A stretch of DNA of 42,090 bases from Candidatus Pacearchaeota archaeon (lineage in GTDB: Archaea > Nanobdellota > Nanobdellia > Pacearchaeales > GW2011-AR1). The position numbers and the translations under genes are program-made. The stretch lies in NCBI GenBank assembly GCA_009694755.1, contig SICU01000002.1, positions 1 to 42,090 on the forward strand, given 5' to 3'. This document shows positions 17,281 to 26,562 of this stretch, piece by piece (the stretch's first letter is position 1; every line of letters begins with the position of its first letter). The notes below the pieces were generated by a model. The model saw only the letters and a list, made by a program, of their open reading frames with translations. It was not told where the DNA came from and searched no databases.

Positions 17281-18488
17281 TTTCTTAGCACCATTAATGA
17301 TCCAATAAAAAGTAAAATATTAGATACAAGAAAAGCAAAAGCATATGTAACTAAAGTTTGTGAAAAAGTACAGAGTAGAATAATTTCAATTATAAGAAAA
17401 ATTAAAATATATTGATAATGGCTTTTTTTACCTTGTGATAATTTATAATAAAGAATAGCGCTAGATAAAGAGAGGAAAGTAGTGCCAATTGCCAAAATTA
17501 TTGTTGGTAAAACTGCTTCAGTTACAACCTTTTTAGATATCAAATAAATTATTTCTTCCGTAAACAAACTTATTGTAATTAAAGCTAAAGTACATAACAG
17601 AAGTATTAGAATAATCGCCCTCTTAAAATTATGAGTCGGTGGACTTTCACGTGTTGAAGCATGAACTGTAAGCGGAAATAATACTTTATTTATAGGCTGT
17701 ATTCCGATAAATATTATCAACGAAATAGTTGAAGCAATAGCATAAATTCCTGCTGTCATCTGATCAAAAAAATATCCTGCAAGAAGAATATCAATATTCA
17801 AAAATAAAATTAAAACGAGAGTAACCATAAAAACAGGTTTACTATAAGCTCGTATATCTTTCAATTCTATAAACGAAGATTTGCTCTTAAGTATATTTTT
17901 TAAATATATCAAAGATAATAATAGAGATAGAATGATGCTGATTATCACACCCCAAATTGCACCAAATACTCCAAATCCGAAATAAACTAATAAGAATGCA
18001 AATATTATTTTAAATCCTGCTTCCGAAATCATAGAAAATCCTAAAGCCCAAAATCTTTGTTGTCCTTGGAGAATTCCTCTGCTAATTGGAATAAACATAG
18101 AACAAATAATAAATAGACTAGTAGTAAGGAGAAGGGCATAAGGTATTTTCAAAATAGGAGATATAAAGATTGACAAAAATAGAAAAATAATCATTACTAC
18201 TAACGTCGGTTTGATAAGTCCTTTAGTTACTCTTAAAAATATATTTTTTAATTTACCTTTATCTTCTCTCGGTGTAGAAGCATACTTTACTACTACTATT
18301 TGTATAGCTTCCATAAATATTGCACCGATGTAAAGAAAAGCAAAAACTCTTTTTAATAGTCCGAAATCCTCGATAGAAAGCATACGAGCCATAATAATAT
18401 GATAAAGAAAGTTAAGAATATTAAACAATCCAACCAGAAATAAAAATATTATGCTATATTTCACTAATTTATTTTGAAGATTAATCAT
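17277..18488 (-). CDS. MOP-superfamily oligosaccharide flippase (Wzx/AglR-like)
   Basis: 403 aa, about 12 hydrophobic helices and no soluble domain. The start overlaps the AglB stop as ATGA. Confidence 0.6.
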   Translation of the reverse strand: MINLQNKLVKYSIIFLFLVGLFNILNFLYHIIMARMLSIEDFGLLKRVFAFLYIGAIFMEAIQIVVVKYASTPREDKGKLKNIFLRVTKGLIKPTLVVMIIFLFLSIFISPILKIPYALLLTTSLFIICSMFIPISRGILQGQQRFWALGFSMISEAGFKIIFAFLLVYFGFGVFGAIWGVIISIILSLLLSLIYLKNILKSKSSFIELKDIRAYSKPVFMVTLVLILFLNIDILLAGYFFDQMTAGIYAIASTISLIIFIGIQPINKVLFPLTVHASTRESPPTHNFKRAIILILLLCTLALITISLFTEEIIYLISKKVVTEAVLPTIILAIGTTFLSLSSAILYYKLSQGKKSHYQYILIFLIIEIILLCTFSQTLVTYAFAFLVSNILLFIGSLMVLRK

Positions 18489-21166
18489 GCTAATCTGATT
18501 GAATCGGGATAGGTCATTTCAAGATATTTCTCTTCAAGAAGAATATTTTTCGGATAATTTAGTGCCCATATTTTAATTGGTCCTCTAAATTCATTAAGAT
18601 ATGTAAATTCTCCAATTTCCATATTTTGCATTCTTAAAGCTTCAATTATCATATCACTTTCAACATGTTCAAGAATGAAATTGGAATTTTTTTTATTCAA
18701 AAGATAATAGTTCACTAAGTTAGTATTAATTGTTCGAGGACTAAGATATAACAAAACTCCTTCTCTATCAATATTTGCTTGACCATTTGATTGTATTTCG
18801 ATTCTAGGATAAACAAATACTCCGGCATTTATTCCTTGATTAAATTCTTTCTTCTGACCAACAGAATTATAATAATGTTTCAAAGGAAGAATATAAGTTT
18901 TATCTCCATTTACAAAATATCCGTTAAGTTCAAGGATAGTTCCATCTTTTTGTGATTCTATAAGTATTGCTCCAATAACTGCTTTGCCACTTGGTAAAAA
19001 TATTTCTGTCCCATTTTGATTATAAATTATATCTTCATCAAGTAAAGCTCCAGAAATATATACTTCCAAAGTACTATTTTTGCGTTGTTGTTTCTGTGAA
19101 GAGTCTTTTACAAAAGAAGGAATCCAACTTCTTCTGTCAAGTGTTTCATCTGAACCAATGCTCGAAAATGCTCCATATTTTCCAATATCTGTAGAATCAA
19201 TAAGAAAATGAGTAGTATTATGCGCATAAAGAAATTCAAGAGTTTTGCTAAAATCTGACTCGGTTAAAGCATATCTTCCCATTAAATGATTCCAATAAGA
19301 GATATCATTTCCTCCGTCAAGAACAGTCGCTCTGTCTCCAATAGATTGAATCCAATAACCATAATCCCACCAATGTCCAAAGACAGAATTTTGAGGAGTA
19401 TTTTCCCTCACCCAACTCATAGCTTTTTGCCATTGTTGAGTATAAACTGAAGGAACATAGCTTTTAGCAAGAGAGGTACTATCTTTAGCTAAATTAAATA
19501 CTGAAAATAATATCAATATAATCAAAATAAAACTAATTAGTAATTGCAAGTTTATAGTTTTAGTTTTAGAGAGGATATTATGGGTAGAAATTCCGAAAAG
19601 ATAACCTATAAAAATAGAAGCAGGGGGCACAACAATCATAACTAATCTTATGAATCCTCTAGCAGAAATGAGCGAAATAAAAAGAAAGATAAATAATAAT
19701 AAAAATTCTATATTGAACGAGTTCATAGTGTCTGATTCTTTTGCGCGGAAATATACCTTTGCAAATGTTCCAATGAATAAGAGAATTCCACCTGCATAAA
19801 GGATCAAACTAATATTGTTTTCTCCATTTAATAATGAAGAACCAGAATAACGTGTAAATATAATCATAAAAATCATAAATATATAGGCCCCTATAACCAT
19901 CAATTTATCTTTTTTTTCAAGTTTTTGACAAGTTTGCCAAAAAAATAATAATGCTCCAAAAAGAAACATCCAGAATGTGACAAAAATTCCCCTAATATTT
20001 GGTCCAAAATTTGAAATCCATTCAGTCAGATATGGTTGCCTATTTTCAGCAACAGTTTGAATAAGTCTTGAAGTAGCAGGCCTTACAAAACCACTATACA
20101 CTCCATTAAATCTTTCAAACATAAATTTTGGACCAAGAATAAGCGTTCCGATAATAATTAATCCAGCTATGCACATAATACTAGATAAAATTCTCGGAGG
20201 TAGACTATAACTCTTTGAAATTTTATTTTGAATTTTTTGATAGTATATCCCATGATAAAATACCATCGCACCTAAAACCATAAGGGCAATACCTCTATCT
20301 AACGAAGTAAATGTGGTTAATATAGGATACTTTGGAGAGGAAGAAATCATGATAGTGGCTGCAGAAATGAACCAAACACCATAACTCCAAACATGTTTTA
20401 TCATAGTATTTCCCATTAAGAAACTCAAAAATACTGCTGGAACAATAATAAAGAAAAGATAAGCATAAGCTCCCCATATCAAAGCCATAATTGCTGTTGA
20501 AAATCCAGCCATGATTCCATAAATTATTCTTTTTCTAAAATTATCATTGTTCCAAGAACATATAAAAAAATAAATCGCTAAAAACATAAACAAAAAAGCC
20601 GCAGATTCTTTTTCAGGGATTCCTGCAATAGTTCTTGGAATAAATACTGAAAATGTACTCAAAAAAATAGTAGATGTTAACGCTCCAATAGAAGCATAAG
20701 ATTCTTTAAGTTTACATATTAGAATTTTTTTCGCAAGAAAAAAGAAAGCTATTGCAGTTAAAGCAAACAAAAATACTGGATAAATTGCACTAGACTGTTC
20801 TACAGAAACGCTACCAAAAAAAACTGCAACTTTATGAAACCAAGCCATAAAATAATAATGTAATGGAAAACCACTATTTGTATCAATATTTGCTGGAACA
20901 TAACGCATAGTGTCTATAGCAAATAAACTTCCGTGTTCAACAATATATTTCGCATAACGCAAAAATAAAAATGGGTCTAAATCTGGTCCAAGAGTCCAAC
21001 CGCCAGTTGTAACATCTCTTAATCCAGGTAAATTGCGAGTGCGAATCCATACAGCTAACCAAACAATTAAAGCAAGAAAAATATAAACTATCCAAGAAGC
21101 TTTAGCTTTCACAAAATTTAATACTTTTTCTCGCCTCTCACGAATAAGATTATCTGAAGAATCCAT
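18485..21166 (-). CDS. aglB: archaeal oligosaccharyltransferase AglB (STT3 family)
   Basis: 893 aa. The multi-TM N-terminal half has the first-loop acidic motif (GPDLDPFLFLRYAKY). The catalytic motif is WWDYGYW (GHWWDYGYWIQSIGDRATVLDGG), followed by a large soluble C-terminal domain. TTTAAATA lies about 22 nt upstream of the ATG. Confidence 0.92.
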   Translation of the reverse strand: MDSSDNLIRERREKVLNFVKAKASWIVYIFLALIVWLAVWIRTRNLPGLRDVTTGGWTLGPDLDPFLFLRYAKYIVEHGSLFAIDTMRYVPANIDTNSGFPLHYYFMAWFHKVAVFFGSVSVEQSSAIYPVFLFALTAIAFFFLAKKILICKLKESYASIGALTSTIFLSTFSVFIPRTIAGIPEKESAAFLFMFLAIYFFICSWNNDNFRKRIIYGIMAGFSTAIMALIWGAYAYLFFIIVPAVFLSFLMGNTMIKHVWSYGVWFISAATIMISSSPKYPILTTFTSLDRGIALMVLGAMVFYHGIYYQKIQNKISKSYSLPPRILSSIMCIAGLIIIGTLILGPKFMFERFNGVYSGFVRPATSRLIQTVAENRQPYLTEWISNFGPNIRGIFVTFWMFLFGALLFFWQTCQKLEKKDKLMVIGAYIFMIFMIIFTRYSGSSLLNGENNISLILYAGGILLFIGTFAKVYFRAKESDTMNSFNIEFLLLFIFLFISLISARGFIRLVMIVVPPASIFIGYLFGISTHNILSKTKTINLQLLISFILIILILFSVFNLAKDSTSLAKSYVPSVYTQQWQKAMSWVRENTPQNSVFGHWWDYGYWIQSIGDRATVLDGGNDISYWNHLMGRYALTESDFSKTLEFLYAHNTTHFLIDSTDIGKYGAFSSIGSDETLDRRSWIPSFVKDSSQKQQRKNSTLEVYISGALLDEDIIYNQNGTEIFLPSGKAVIGAILIESQKDGTILELNGYFVNGDKTYILPLKHYYNSVGQKKEFNQGINAGVFVYPRIEIQSNGQANIDREGVLLYLSPRTINTNLVNYYLLNKKNSNFILEHVESDMIIEALRMQNMEIGEFTYLNEFRGPIKIWALNYPKNILLEEKYLEMTYPDSIRLA

Positions 21167-21187
21167 ATATCTATTGGAAAAATATCT

Positions 21188-21195
21188 TATTTAAA
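21188..21195 (-). promoter_or_regulatory. TATA-like box (TTTAAATA on minus strand) for the aglB operon
   Basis: It lies 22-29 nt upstream of the ATG at 21166. Confidence 0.35.
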
Positions 21196-21231
21196 CATTG
21201 TTAATTTATCCTAAATTTCTATTTTTTCAGA

Positions 21232-22089
21232 TTATTTGAAAAATAAAGGTGTAACGAATACTTCAACAAGTGCCGATAAAAATAAGAATATCGCCGCTAA
21301 AATTATCAAATTAAGTGCATCTTGTAAAACTCTCCAAAATCTTTCAGTTCCAATATCTCTTTTTATAACTGCAAAAGAAATTATTCCCCCAGCTAATGCT
21401 GCAACAAAATAAGAACCAATTTCAGGAATTCCATGCACAAAATAACGCAATATTGCAACAGGCAATAAATTCAAATCAGAGCGAGTAAAGATTGCAATCG
21501 CTGCAGCAATAACGCTCGCATTCCACGCAAGAATAAACACGACACCTGCACCAAACAACAAAGAGAAAACTAATGTAAAAATTAAAACATAAATATTATT
21601 TGCAAAAATTAAAAACATTCTTTCTTTATTAGTTGCAAAAACAGTCGTAACAGAATCTTTAGCAAGAATATTATTTACACATTCTTTATTTCCAGGATTA
21701 TTTATTGCACAAAAAGTTTCGATTTGTTGACTCGCTGCATCTGTCGTAGGCAAAATAATATACCAGAAAGAAAATCCAATAACGAAACCTGCAAAAAGCC
21801 ACAAGAAAGCCCAAACAGCAAGTCGATGGTCTTTCAATAATTGAAAAACTCCTTTATCTTCTTGTGCAGATTTTCCCTCTTCAAGTTTAAACATATAGAA
21901 CATAAAAGGAATTGAAAACATAACTGTAAACGCAACAACGAGAACTCCAGCAGATTGCACGAGAATCGCATCATTTTTGAAAATCCATTCAACAAGAAGA
22001 ATAGAAATACTTGAATAAAAAACCCCTACAAAAAACATTTCCCAAGGTTTTCTTTCAGCTTTTACAGGATTAATTAACATTTCAAACAT
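21232..22089 (-). CDS. SpoIIM/DUF95-family integral membrane protein
   Basis: 285 aa with about 6 TM helices. FVHGIPEIGSYFVAALAGG matches the conserved HG-x-xE motif of stage II sporulation protein M-like proteins. Confidence 0.6.
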   Translation of the reverse strand: MFEMLINPVKAERKPWEMFFVGVFYSSISILLVEWIFKNDAILVQSAGVLVVAFTVMFSIPFMFYMFKLEEGKSAQEDKGVFQLLKDHRLAVWAFLWLFAGFVIGFSFWYIILPTTDAASQQIETFCAINNPGNKECVNNILAKDSVTTVFATNKERMFLIFANNIYVLIFTLVFSLLFGAGVVFILAWNASVIAAAIAIFTRSDLNLLPVAILRYFVHGIPEIGSYFVAALAGGIISFAVIKRDIGTERFWRVLQDALNLIILAAIFLFLSALVEVFVTPLFFK

Positions 22090-22120
22090 ATTTCATCACC
22101 GAGTAATTTCATCAATCACC

Positions 22121-22131
22121 TTTTTATATAT
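22121..22131 (+). promoter_or_regulatory. TATA-like box (TTTTTATATAT) upstream of the eIF-2B-family gene
   Basis: It ends about 19 nt upstream of the ATG at 22150. Confidence 0.35.
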
Positions 22132-22149
22132 GTTCATTCTTTAGATAAT

Positions 22150-22956
22150 ATGGATATTTTTTCTAAAATTTGTAAAGAGATTAAATCTGTAAAAATACAA
22201 GGAGCCACAAATGTTGCAAAAGCAGGGCTCAAAGCGTATTCTCTTAAACCTACAAAAGCTTCAATAAATAAATTGATTAGTCTTCGAGAAACAGAACCTG
22301 CTTTGCAAAATGCCCTAAATTTTGCAGCGAAGTCTTCAGTTGAAAACGCATTAAATCACTTTGATAATGCTCAACAATTCATAAATCATTATTTGACAAA
22401 AATAATTCTACAAAACTCAAAAATAATGACTCATTGTCATTCAAAAACTTTGGAGCAAGCATTAATTTCAGCACATAAATCTGGAAAAATCTTTTCGATA
22501 ATAACTTTAGAAACTCGTCCTTTAATGCAAGGACACATAACTGCAAAAAATTTATTAAAACACGGAATAAATGTCACAATGCAAGTTGATTCTGCAATGC
22601 ATTCTGCCATAAAAGAATGCGATTTTATAATTCTTGGAGCAGATGCAATAACTAAAAAAGGAGTATTCAATAAAATCGGAAGTGGAGCCATCGCAGAATT
22701 AGCATTCGAGCATAAAAAACCGATTTATATTGTCACTGATTCTTGGAAGTTTTCCAAAAATTCAATTTCAATAGAACAGCGAAGCAAGCAAGAAGTTTGG
22801 AAAAATGCCCCGAAAAATTTAATGATAAAAAATCCTGCATTTGAAATAATTCATCCAAAATATATTTCTAAAATTATTTCAGAACTCGGCGTTTTAAAAT
22901 ATCAAGAATTTTTAAAAGAAGCAAAAAATTCTATTGAGTATTCTGCATCGTGCTAA
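22150..22956 (+). CDS. eIF-2B alpha/beta/delta-family protein, probable ribose-1,5-bisphosphate isomerase
   Basis: IMTHCHSKTLEQAL, ETRPLMQG and IILGADAITKKGVFNKIGSGAIAELAFEHKKPIYIV are IF-2B family motifs. At 268 aa it is short for the family. A TATA-like TTTTTATATAT lies 20-29 nt upstream of the ATG. Confidence 0.65.
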   Translation: MDIFSKICKEIKSVKIQGATNVAKAGLKAYSLKPTKASINKLISLRETEPALQNALNFAAKSSVENALNHFDNAQQFINHYLTKIILQNSKIMTHCHSKTLEQALISAHKSGKIFSIITLETRPLMQGHITAKNLLKHGINVTMQVDSAMHSAIKECDFIILGADAITKKGVFNKIGSGAIAELAFEHKKPIYIVTDSWKFSKNSISIEQRSKQEVWKNAPKNLMIKNPAFEIIHPKYISKIISELGVLKYQEFLKEAKNSIEYSASC

Positions 22957-23329
22957 ACATTTGTTCAAGTTGAACGGTTAAACTTGACACTTCGGCAGAT
23001 AATTGTGCTTTAAATTCATGAAATTTTTTAGTCTGTTCTTCTACAACTAATTTTGCATCGTGTAGATTTTTCTTTACAAAATAACCTGCACCAACTTCAA
23101 CAAAAACTTTTTCAGAAGAAGAAAACACAACAGGTGCAAAAACAGATTTTCCTAATGGTGCAAGAATAGAACTATTTTCTTTAGATGAAAGTATATTTAA
23201 TTCCTCACGAAAGTATTGCAATTCTAACAATTGCTGTTCAATAACTTTAATCTGTTCTTGCAAATTTTCATATTGCTGATTCATTTGCGTCAAAATTTGC
23301 ATAACTTGTTGATTCATATCTTGTCGCAT
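22931..23329 (-). CDS. pfdA: prefoldin alpha subunit
   Basis: Coiled coil, then beta-hairpin region (ILAPLGKSVFAPVVF...EKVFVEVGAGYFVKKNLHDA), then coiled coil. The tracked ORF opens with TTG at 23332; the ATG is at 23329. Confidence 0.8.
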   Translation of the reverse strand: MRQDMNQQVMQILTQMNQQYENLQEQIKVIEQQLLELQYFREELNILSSKENSSILAPLGKSVFAPVVFSSSEKVFVEVGAGYFVKKNLHDAKLVVEEQTKKFHEFKAQLSAEVSSLTVQLEQMFSTMQNTQ

Positions 23330-23352
23330 CAAATACGATTTAAAAATCTATG

Positions 23353-23880
23353 CTAATGCACTTTCATAATTTTTCTAAATATTATAGACCAAACAACAAA
23401 TAATAAAATATATGCCCAAATTCCAGACATAAATCCAAATATTTTCACGGGATTATTTTGAAAGTAATCTCCAAACCATCTAACTAATAAAATAAACGGA
23501 ACAGTTGTATAAATAACTGGACGCATAGTAATTGGCATAGTTTTCATCGCTAATTCAGCAGATTTTTTAGAAAGTTCCATAGACTTTTGAGGATTAGATT
23601 TATACAATTTCAATTCTTCTTGCACAAGTTTTTGTTCTTCTTTTATTTGTTTCAATAAATCTTGGTCAGTAGTATGCTTGTGAAGTAAAGTCGTCAAGAA
23701 ATTCAAAAAACCAGTAATTATAATTAATCCAAAAGTAACATTCCAATCAAGTAATTTTCCAAGAGACGGATTAAGTGCCGAATGAACACTTTCTTTTACA
23801 ATAGGAGTTTTTTCCCAGAACATTGCGACGACTAAACCTAGAGCCATCACCATAAACATTATTGTTAGTATTCCTTTCAT
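23353..23880 (-). CDS. DUF106/EMC3-TMCO1-like membrane protein (archaeal YidC/Oxa1-like insertase)
   Basis: 175 aa. TM1, then a charged coiled coil (LLKQIKEEQKLVQEELKLYKSNPQK...), then TM2 and TM3. It sits directly downstream of secY, the usual archaeal position. Confidence 0.75.
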   Translation of the reverse strand: MKGILTIMFMVMALGLVVAMFWEKTPIVKESVHSALNPSLGKLLDWNVTFGLIIITGFLNFLTTLLHKHTTDQDLLKQIKEEQKLVQEELKLYKSNPQKSMELSKKSAELAMKTMPITMRPVIYTTVPFILLVRWFGDYFQNNPVKIFGFMSGIWAYILLFVVWSIIFRKIMKVH

Positions 23881-23891
23881 TTTTATCCTTT

Positions 23892-25280
23892 TTACGAGCC
23901 CATCATTTTTCTTAATCCTGGACTCATATCTAATGCGTGTTGTTGTGCAACACTCTGGTAAAGCTGATACAAAATCATTACTGCCAGCAATATCGACGTT
24001 CCAGAACTAATTGTTCCAAGTACATCGGCAAAAGCAGATAATGCTCCGATAGCCAAACCACCCATCACTGTCAATGGGAAGATATATCGGTTTAAGATAC
24101 TTTCTAAAATGCGTGGGTCTTTTCTAAACCCTGCAATTTGCAATCCCGACGACGAAATATTTTTCGCTTGTCCAGCAGCATCAATTCCAGTCGTCTTTAC
24201 CCAAAATATAGAGAATACAACAGAGAAGATTACATAAAATAAGAAATGATAAATTGCTTGTAAAATCTGTGAACCTAACAAACTTTTAGTTACAATTGCT
24301 TGCAATAAATTAGGCGCGCCAATCCAATAAGCAAGTCCAGATACCGGTTGTCCACTTTGGAAACCTCCAAGAATTGTAGGATGTCCCAACCAAGTTTCCA
24401 ATAAACTTCCAAACAACTGCACGTTAGCAATGAGTGCCGCAACTAAAATTACCGGTAACGTCGAAGCATAAAAGAATTGCAAAGGCCATTTTACTCCGTA
24501 TCCTCGCAAACGATCGTAGCTAAGAGGAATTTCAACTTTAAGATTTTGAGCCCAAACAACAGCCAAAAAAACTGCAACAGTCACAGCTATAACTAAAAGC
24601 GCAAGCAAAGCACTCGTCGGATCTCCTTTAATAATTGACTGAATAATTACCAAAATTTTTCCAGAACAAGGAGTGCTATCAAAGTTCATCAAACAATTAG
24701 AACCATCAGTTCCGATAAATTGGAAAAGTCCAATAAATAATTGCAAAGAAACTCCCGCAACTATAAACAAAGAAACTCCTGAACCGAAACCCCATTTTGC
24801 GACGACTTCGTCCATAAACATAATTGCAAGACCTCCAAGAATCAGTTGAAAGATTACGATAGATTCGTATCCTGGAGATGCTTCAAGTCCTTTCATCAAT
24901 ACAAAAATACACGCTTCAAAAAGTATGAAAAAAAGAGTCCCCAATTTTTGAATACCTTGAAACATTTTTTTCCCTTCTGGAGATTTTGTATCGAGACTCA
25001 GTATTCCAGAACCAACAAGTAATTGAATAATAATCGAAGATGTAACGATAGGCCCAATTCCTAAACTAATTATTGCTCCAAAATCTGTTCCAAGAATCGT
25101 AGACAAGAAATCAAATCTTTCAAGAGAGTTTTTACTTAAACCATAAAGTTTAATATTATACATAATAAAATAAACACCGAGGACTATCAAAGTCCATTTC
25201 AACTTCTGATTAAATCCTAATTTCTTTTCAGCAGGTTTTATAACTTCAGGTAAATGTTGAATAATCTGTTTCAAAACCAT
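23892..25280 (-). CDS. secY: preprotein translocase subunit SecY
   Basis: 462 aa and 10-TM pattern, with GIGPIVTSSIIIQLL, GFGSGVSLFI and LPVILVAALIAN. Confidence 0.95.
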   Translation of the reverse strand: MVLKQIIQHLPEVIKPAEKKLGFNQKLKWTLIVLGVYFIMYNIKLYGLSKNSLERFDFLSTILGTDFGAIISLGIGPIVTSSIIIQLLVGSGILSLDTKSPEGKKMFQGIQKLGTLFFILFEACIFVLMKGLEASPGYESIVIFQLILGGLAIMFMDEVVAKWGFGSGVSLFIVAGVSLQLFIGLFQFIGTDGSNCLMNFDSTPCSGKILVIIQSIIKGDPTSALLALLVIAVTVAVFLAVVWAQNLKVEIPLSYDRLRGYGVKWPLQFFYASTLPVILVAALIANVQLFGSLLETWLGHPTILGGFQSGQPVSGLAYWIGAPNLLQAIVTKSLLGSQILQAIYHFLFYVIFSVVFSIFWVKTTGIDAAGQAKNISSSGLQIAGFRKDPRILESILNRYIFPLTVMGGLAIGALSAFADVLGTISSGTSILLAVMILYQLYQSVAQQHALDMSPGLRKMMGS

Positions 25281-25303
25281 ATTTCTATTATCAAAACAAG
25301 GTT

Positions 25304-25311
25304 TTTAAATA
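25304..25311. promoter_or_regulatory. near-palindromic TATA-like box (TTTAAATA / TATTTAAA) between the divergent secY and VIT-like genes
   Basis: It begins 24 nt upstream of the secY ATG (25280) and ends 36 nt upstream of the VIT ATG (25347). Confidence 0.3.
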
Positions 25312-25346
25312 TTAACCAATATCTACTTTTAAAGAACGAATTTAAA

Positions 25347-25847
25347 ATGGCTATTAAAAAAAACAAAATATCTCTAAAACAAAAATCTTACGGCGGAGCA
25401 ATAGTTTTAGGATTAAACGATGCATTAGTTGAATTGTCGGGTGCATTAGTTGGTTTAACTTTTGCTATAAACAGTTCAAGATTAATTGCAACAGTTGGAT
25501 TAATCACGGGTTTCGCAGCTGCTCTTTCAATGGCTTCTTCAGAATATCTATCGGCAAAAGAAGAGAATCATAAAAAACCAGTCGTTTTAGCAACATACAC
25601 TGGAATTACTTATTTATTAACTGTATTAATTCTCGTATCCCCTTATTTATTTTTAACAAACAAATATTCGGCAACAGCAGTAATGGGGATTTTAGCAGTG
25701 AGTATTATCGCAATTTACACAAAATATTCCGCTTCAATTCACAAAAAAAGTTTCAAAAAGAAATTCTTAGAAATGTTCACAATTTCCGTAAGCATTGCAG
25801 TAATTAGTTTTGTATTCGGGCTTCTTGTTAGAAGAATTATTGTTTAA
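25347..25847 (+). CDS. VIT1/CCC1-family (DUF125) membrane protein, minimal form
   Basis: GGAIVLGLNDALVELSGALVGLT ... AAALSMASSEYLSAKEE is the VIT family signature. The ATG at 25347 is preferred over 25254 because the longer ORF overlaps the secY start. Confidence 0.65.
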   Translation: MAIKKNKISLKQKSYGGAIVLGLNDALVELSGALVGLTFAINSSRLIATVGLITGFAAALSMASSEYLSAKEENHKKPVVLATYTGITYLLTVLILVSPYLFLTNKYSATAVMGILAVSIIAIYTKYSASIHKKSFKKKFLEMFTISVSIAVISFVFGLLVRRIIV

Positions 25848-25921
25848 AATAAAACTTACTCACAATAAAATTCAGTCAGAAACAAAAAGTCAAAATATCA
25901 AATATCTTTGAAAATACAAAA

Positions 25922-26371
25922 TTATTTATCTTCTTTAACAATAATTTCTCCGCCCTGTTTTTTCACAGAAGCGATTGCACTTTCAGATGCAGAATGTGCA
26001 TGAATAATTAATTTAACATTTTTAGTCAGCTCTCCAACTACTTTATGTTTAAGAATTGAAATGTCATATTTTCCAGCAGATTCTTTTGCAACTTTTTTTG
26101 AAACTAAAGAGCTCATCGAAATATTTGTCAAATTAAATGTTTCAGGTTTTGGTTTTCCAAATCTTAATTTTCTAGCACGCTTACCAAAATAATCTGGAAG
26201 AGTATTCTTCAAAATCATTGTTTTTTTCTGGTCTCCTCTTTTTCCTGTTCCAGCCATACCTACTCCGCCACGATGTCCGCTTCCTCTAGCTTTCTTTTTG
26301 AATCCTCTTCCGTGCGTATGACTTCCTCTAAATCTTCTAGACCTTCTACGTTTTTTCATTTTCATCGGCAT
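25922..26371 (-). CDS. rpl15: 50S ribosomal protein L15 (uL15)
   Basis: RRSRRFRGSHTHGRGFKKKARGSGHRGGVGMAG, in the expected operon position. Confidence 0.93.
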   Translation of the reverse strand: MPMKMKKRRRSRRFRGSHTHGRGFKKKARGSGHRGGVGMAGTGKRGDQKKTMILKNTLPDYFGKRARKLRFGKPKPETFNLTNISMSSLVSKKVAKESAGKYDISILKHKVVGELTKNVKLIIHAHSASESAIASVKKQGGEIIVKEDK

Positions 26372-26562
26372 TAGTCGTCGTCTCCCCAGCTTTTACTGCG
26401 AATTTCATTCATTAAATTTTCACCAGTCAATTCATCAAGTTGGTCTTCATCAGCTTCAATAAAACTATCGGCAGAATCACACTTAAGACATTCAGCAGGA
26501 GGCAATTTTCCATAAGCAATAGCACCACAATTACATTCCCAAGCTACTTTTGATTTGTTCAT
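26371..26562 (-). CDS. acidic zinc-ribbon/rubredoxin-like small protein of unknown function
   Basis: 63 aa with the Cys pattern C10-x-C12 ... C25-x2-C28 (WECNCGAIAYGKLPPAECLKCD). By my count it has 15 Asp/Glu against 6 Lys/Arg and ends in DDD. The start overlaps the L30 stop (ATGA, 26559-26562) and the stop overlaps the L15 start (TAATG, 26369-26373). Confidence 0.6.
   Translation of the reverse strand: MNKSKVAWECNCGAIAYGKLPPAECLKCDSADSFIEADEDQLDELTGENLMNEIRSKSWGDDD

Noticed and set aside
25254-25346. A longer N-terminus for the VIT-like gene, starting at 25254.
   Set aside because: It would overlap the divergent secY start codon and remove any promoter space. The extension (MLNNLFQNHISIIKTRFLNINQYLLLKNEFK) has no VIT-family similarity, so the ATG at 25347 is preferred.
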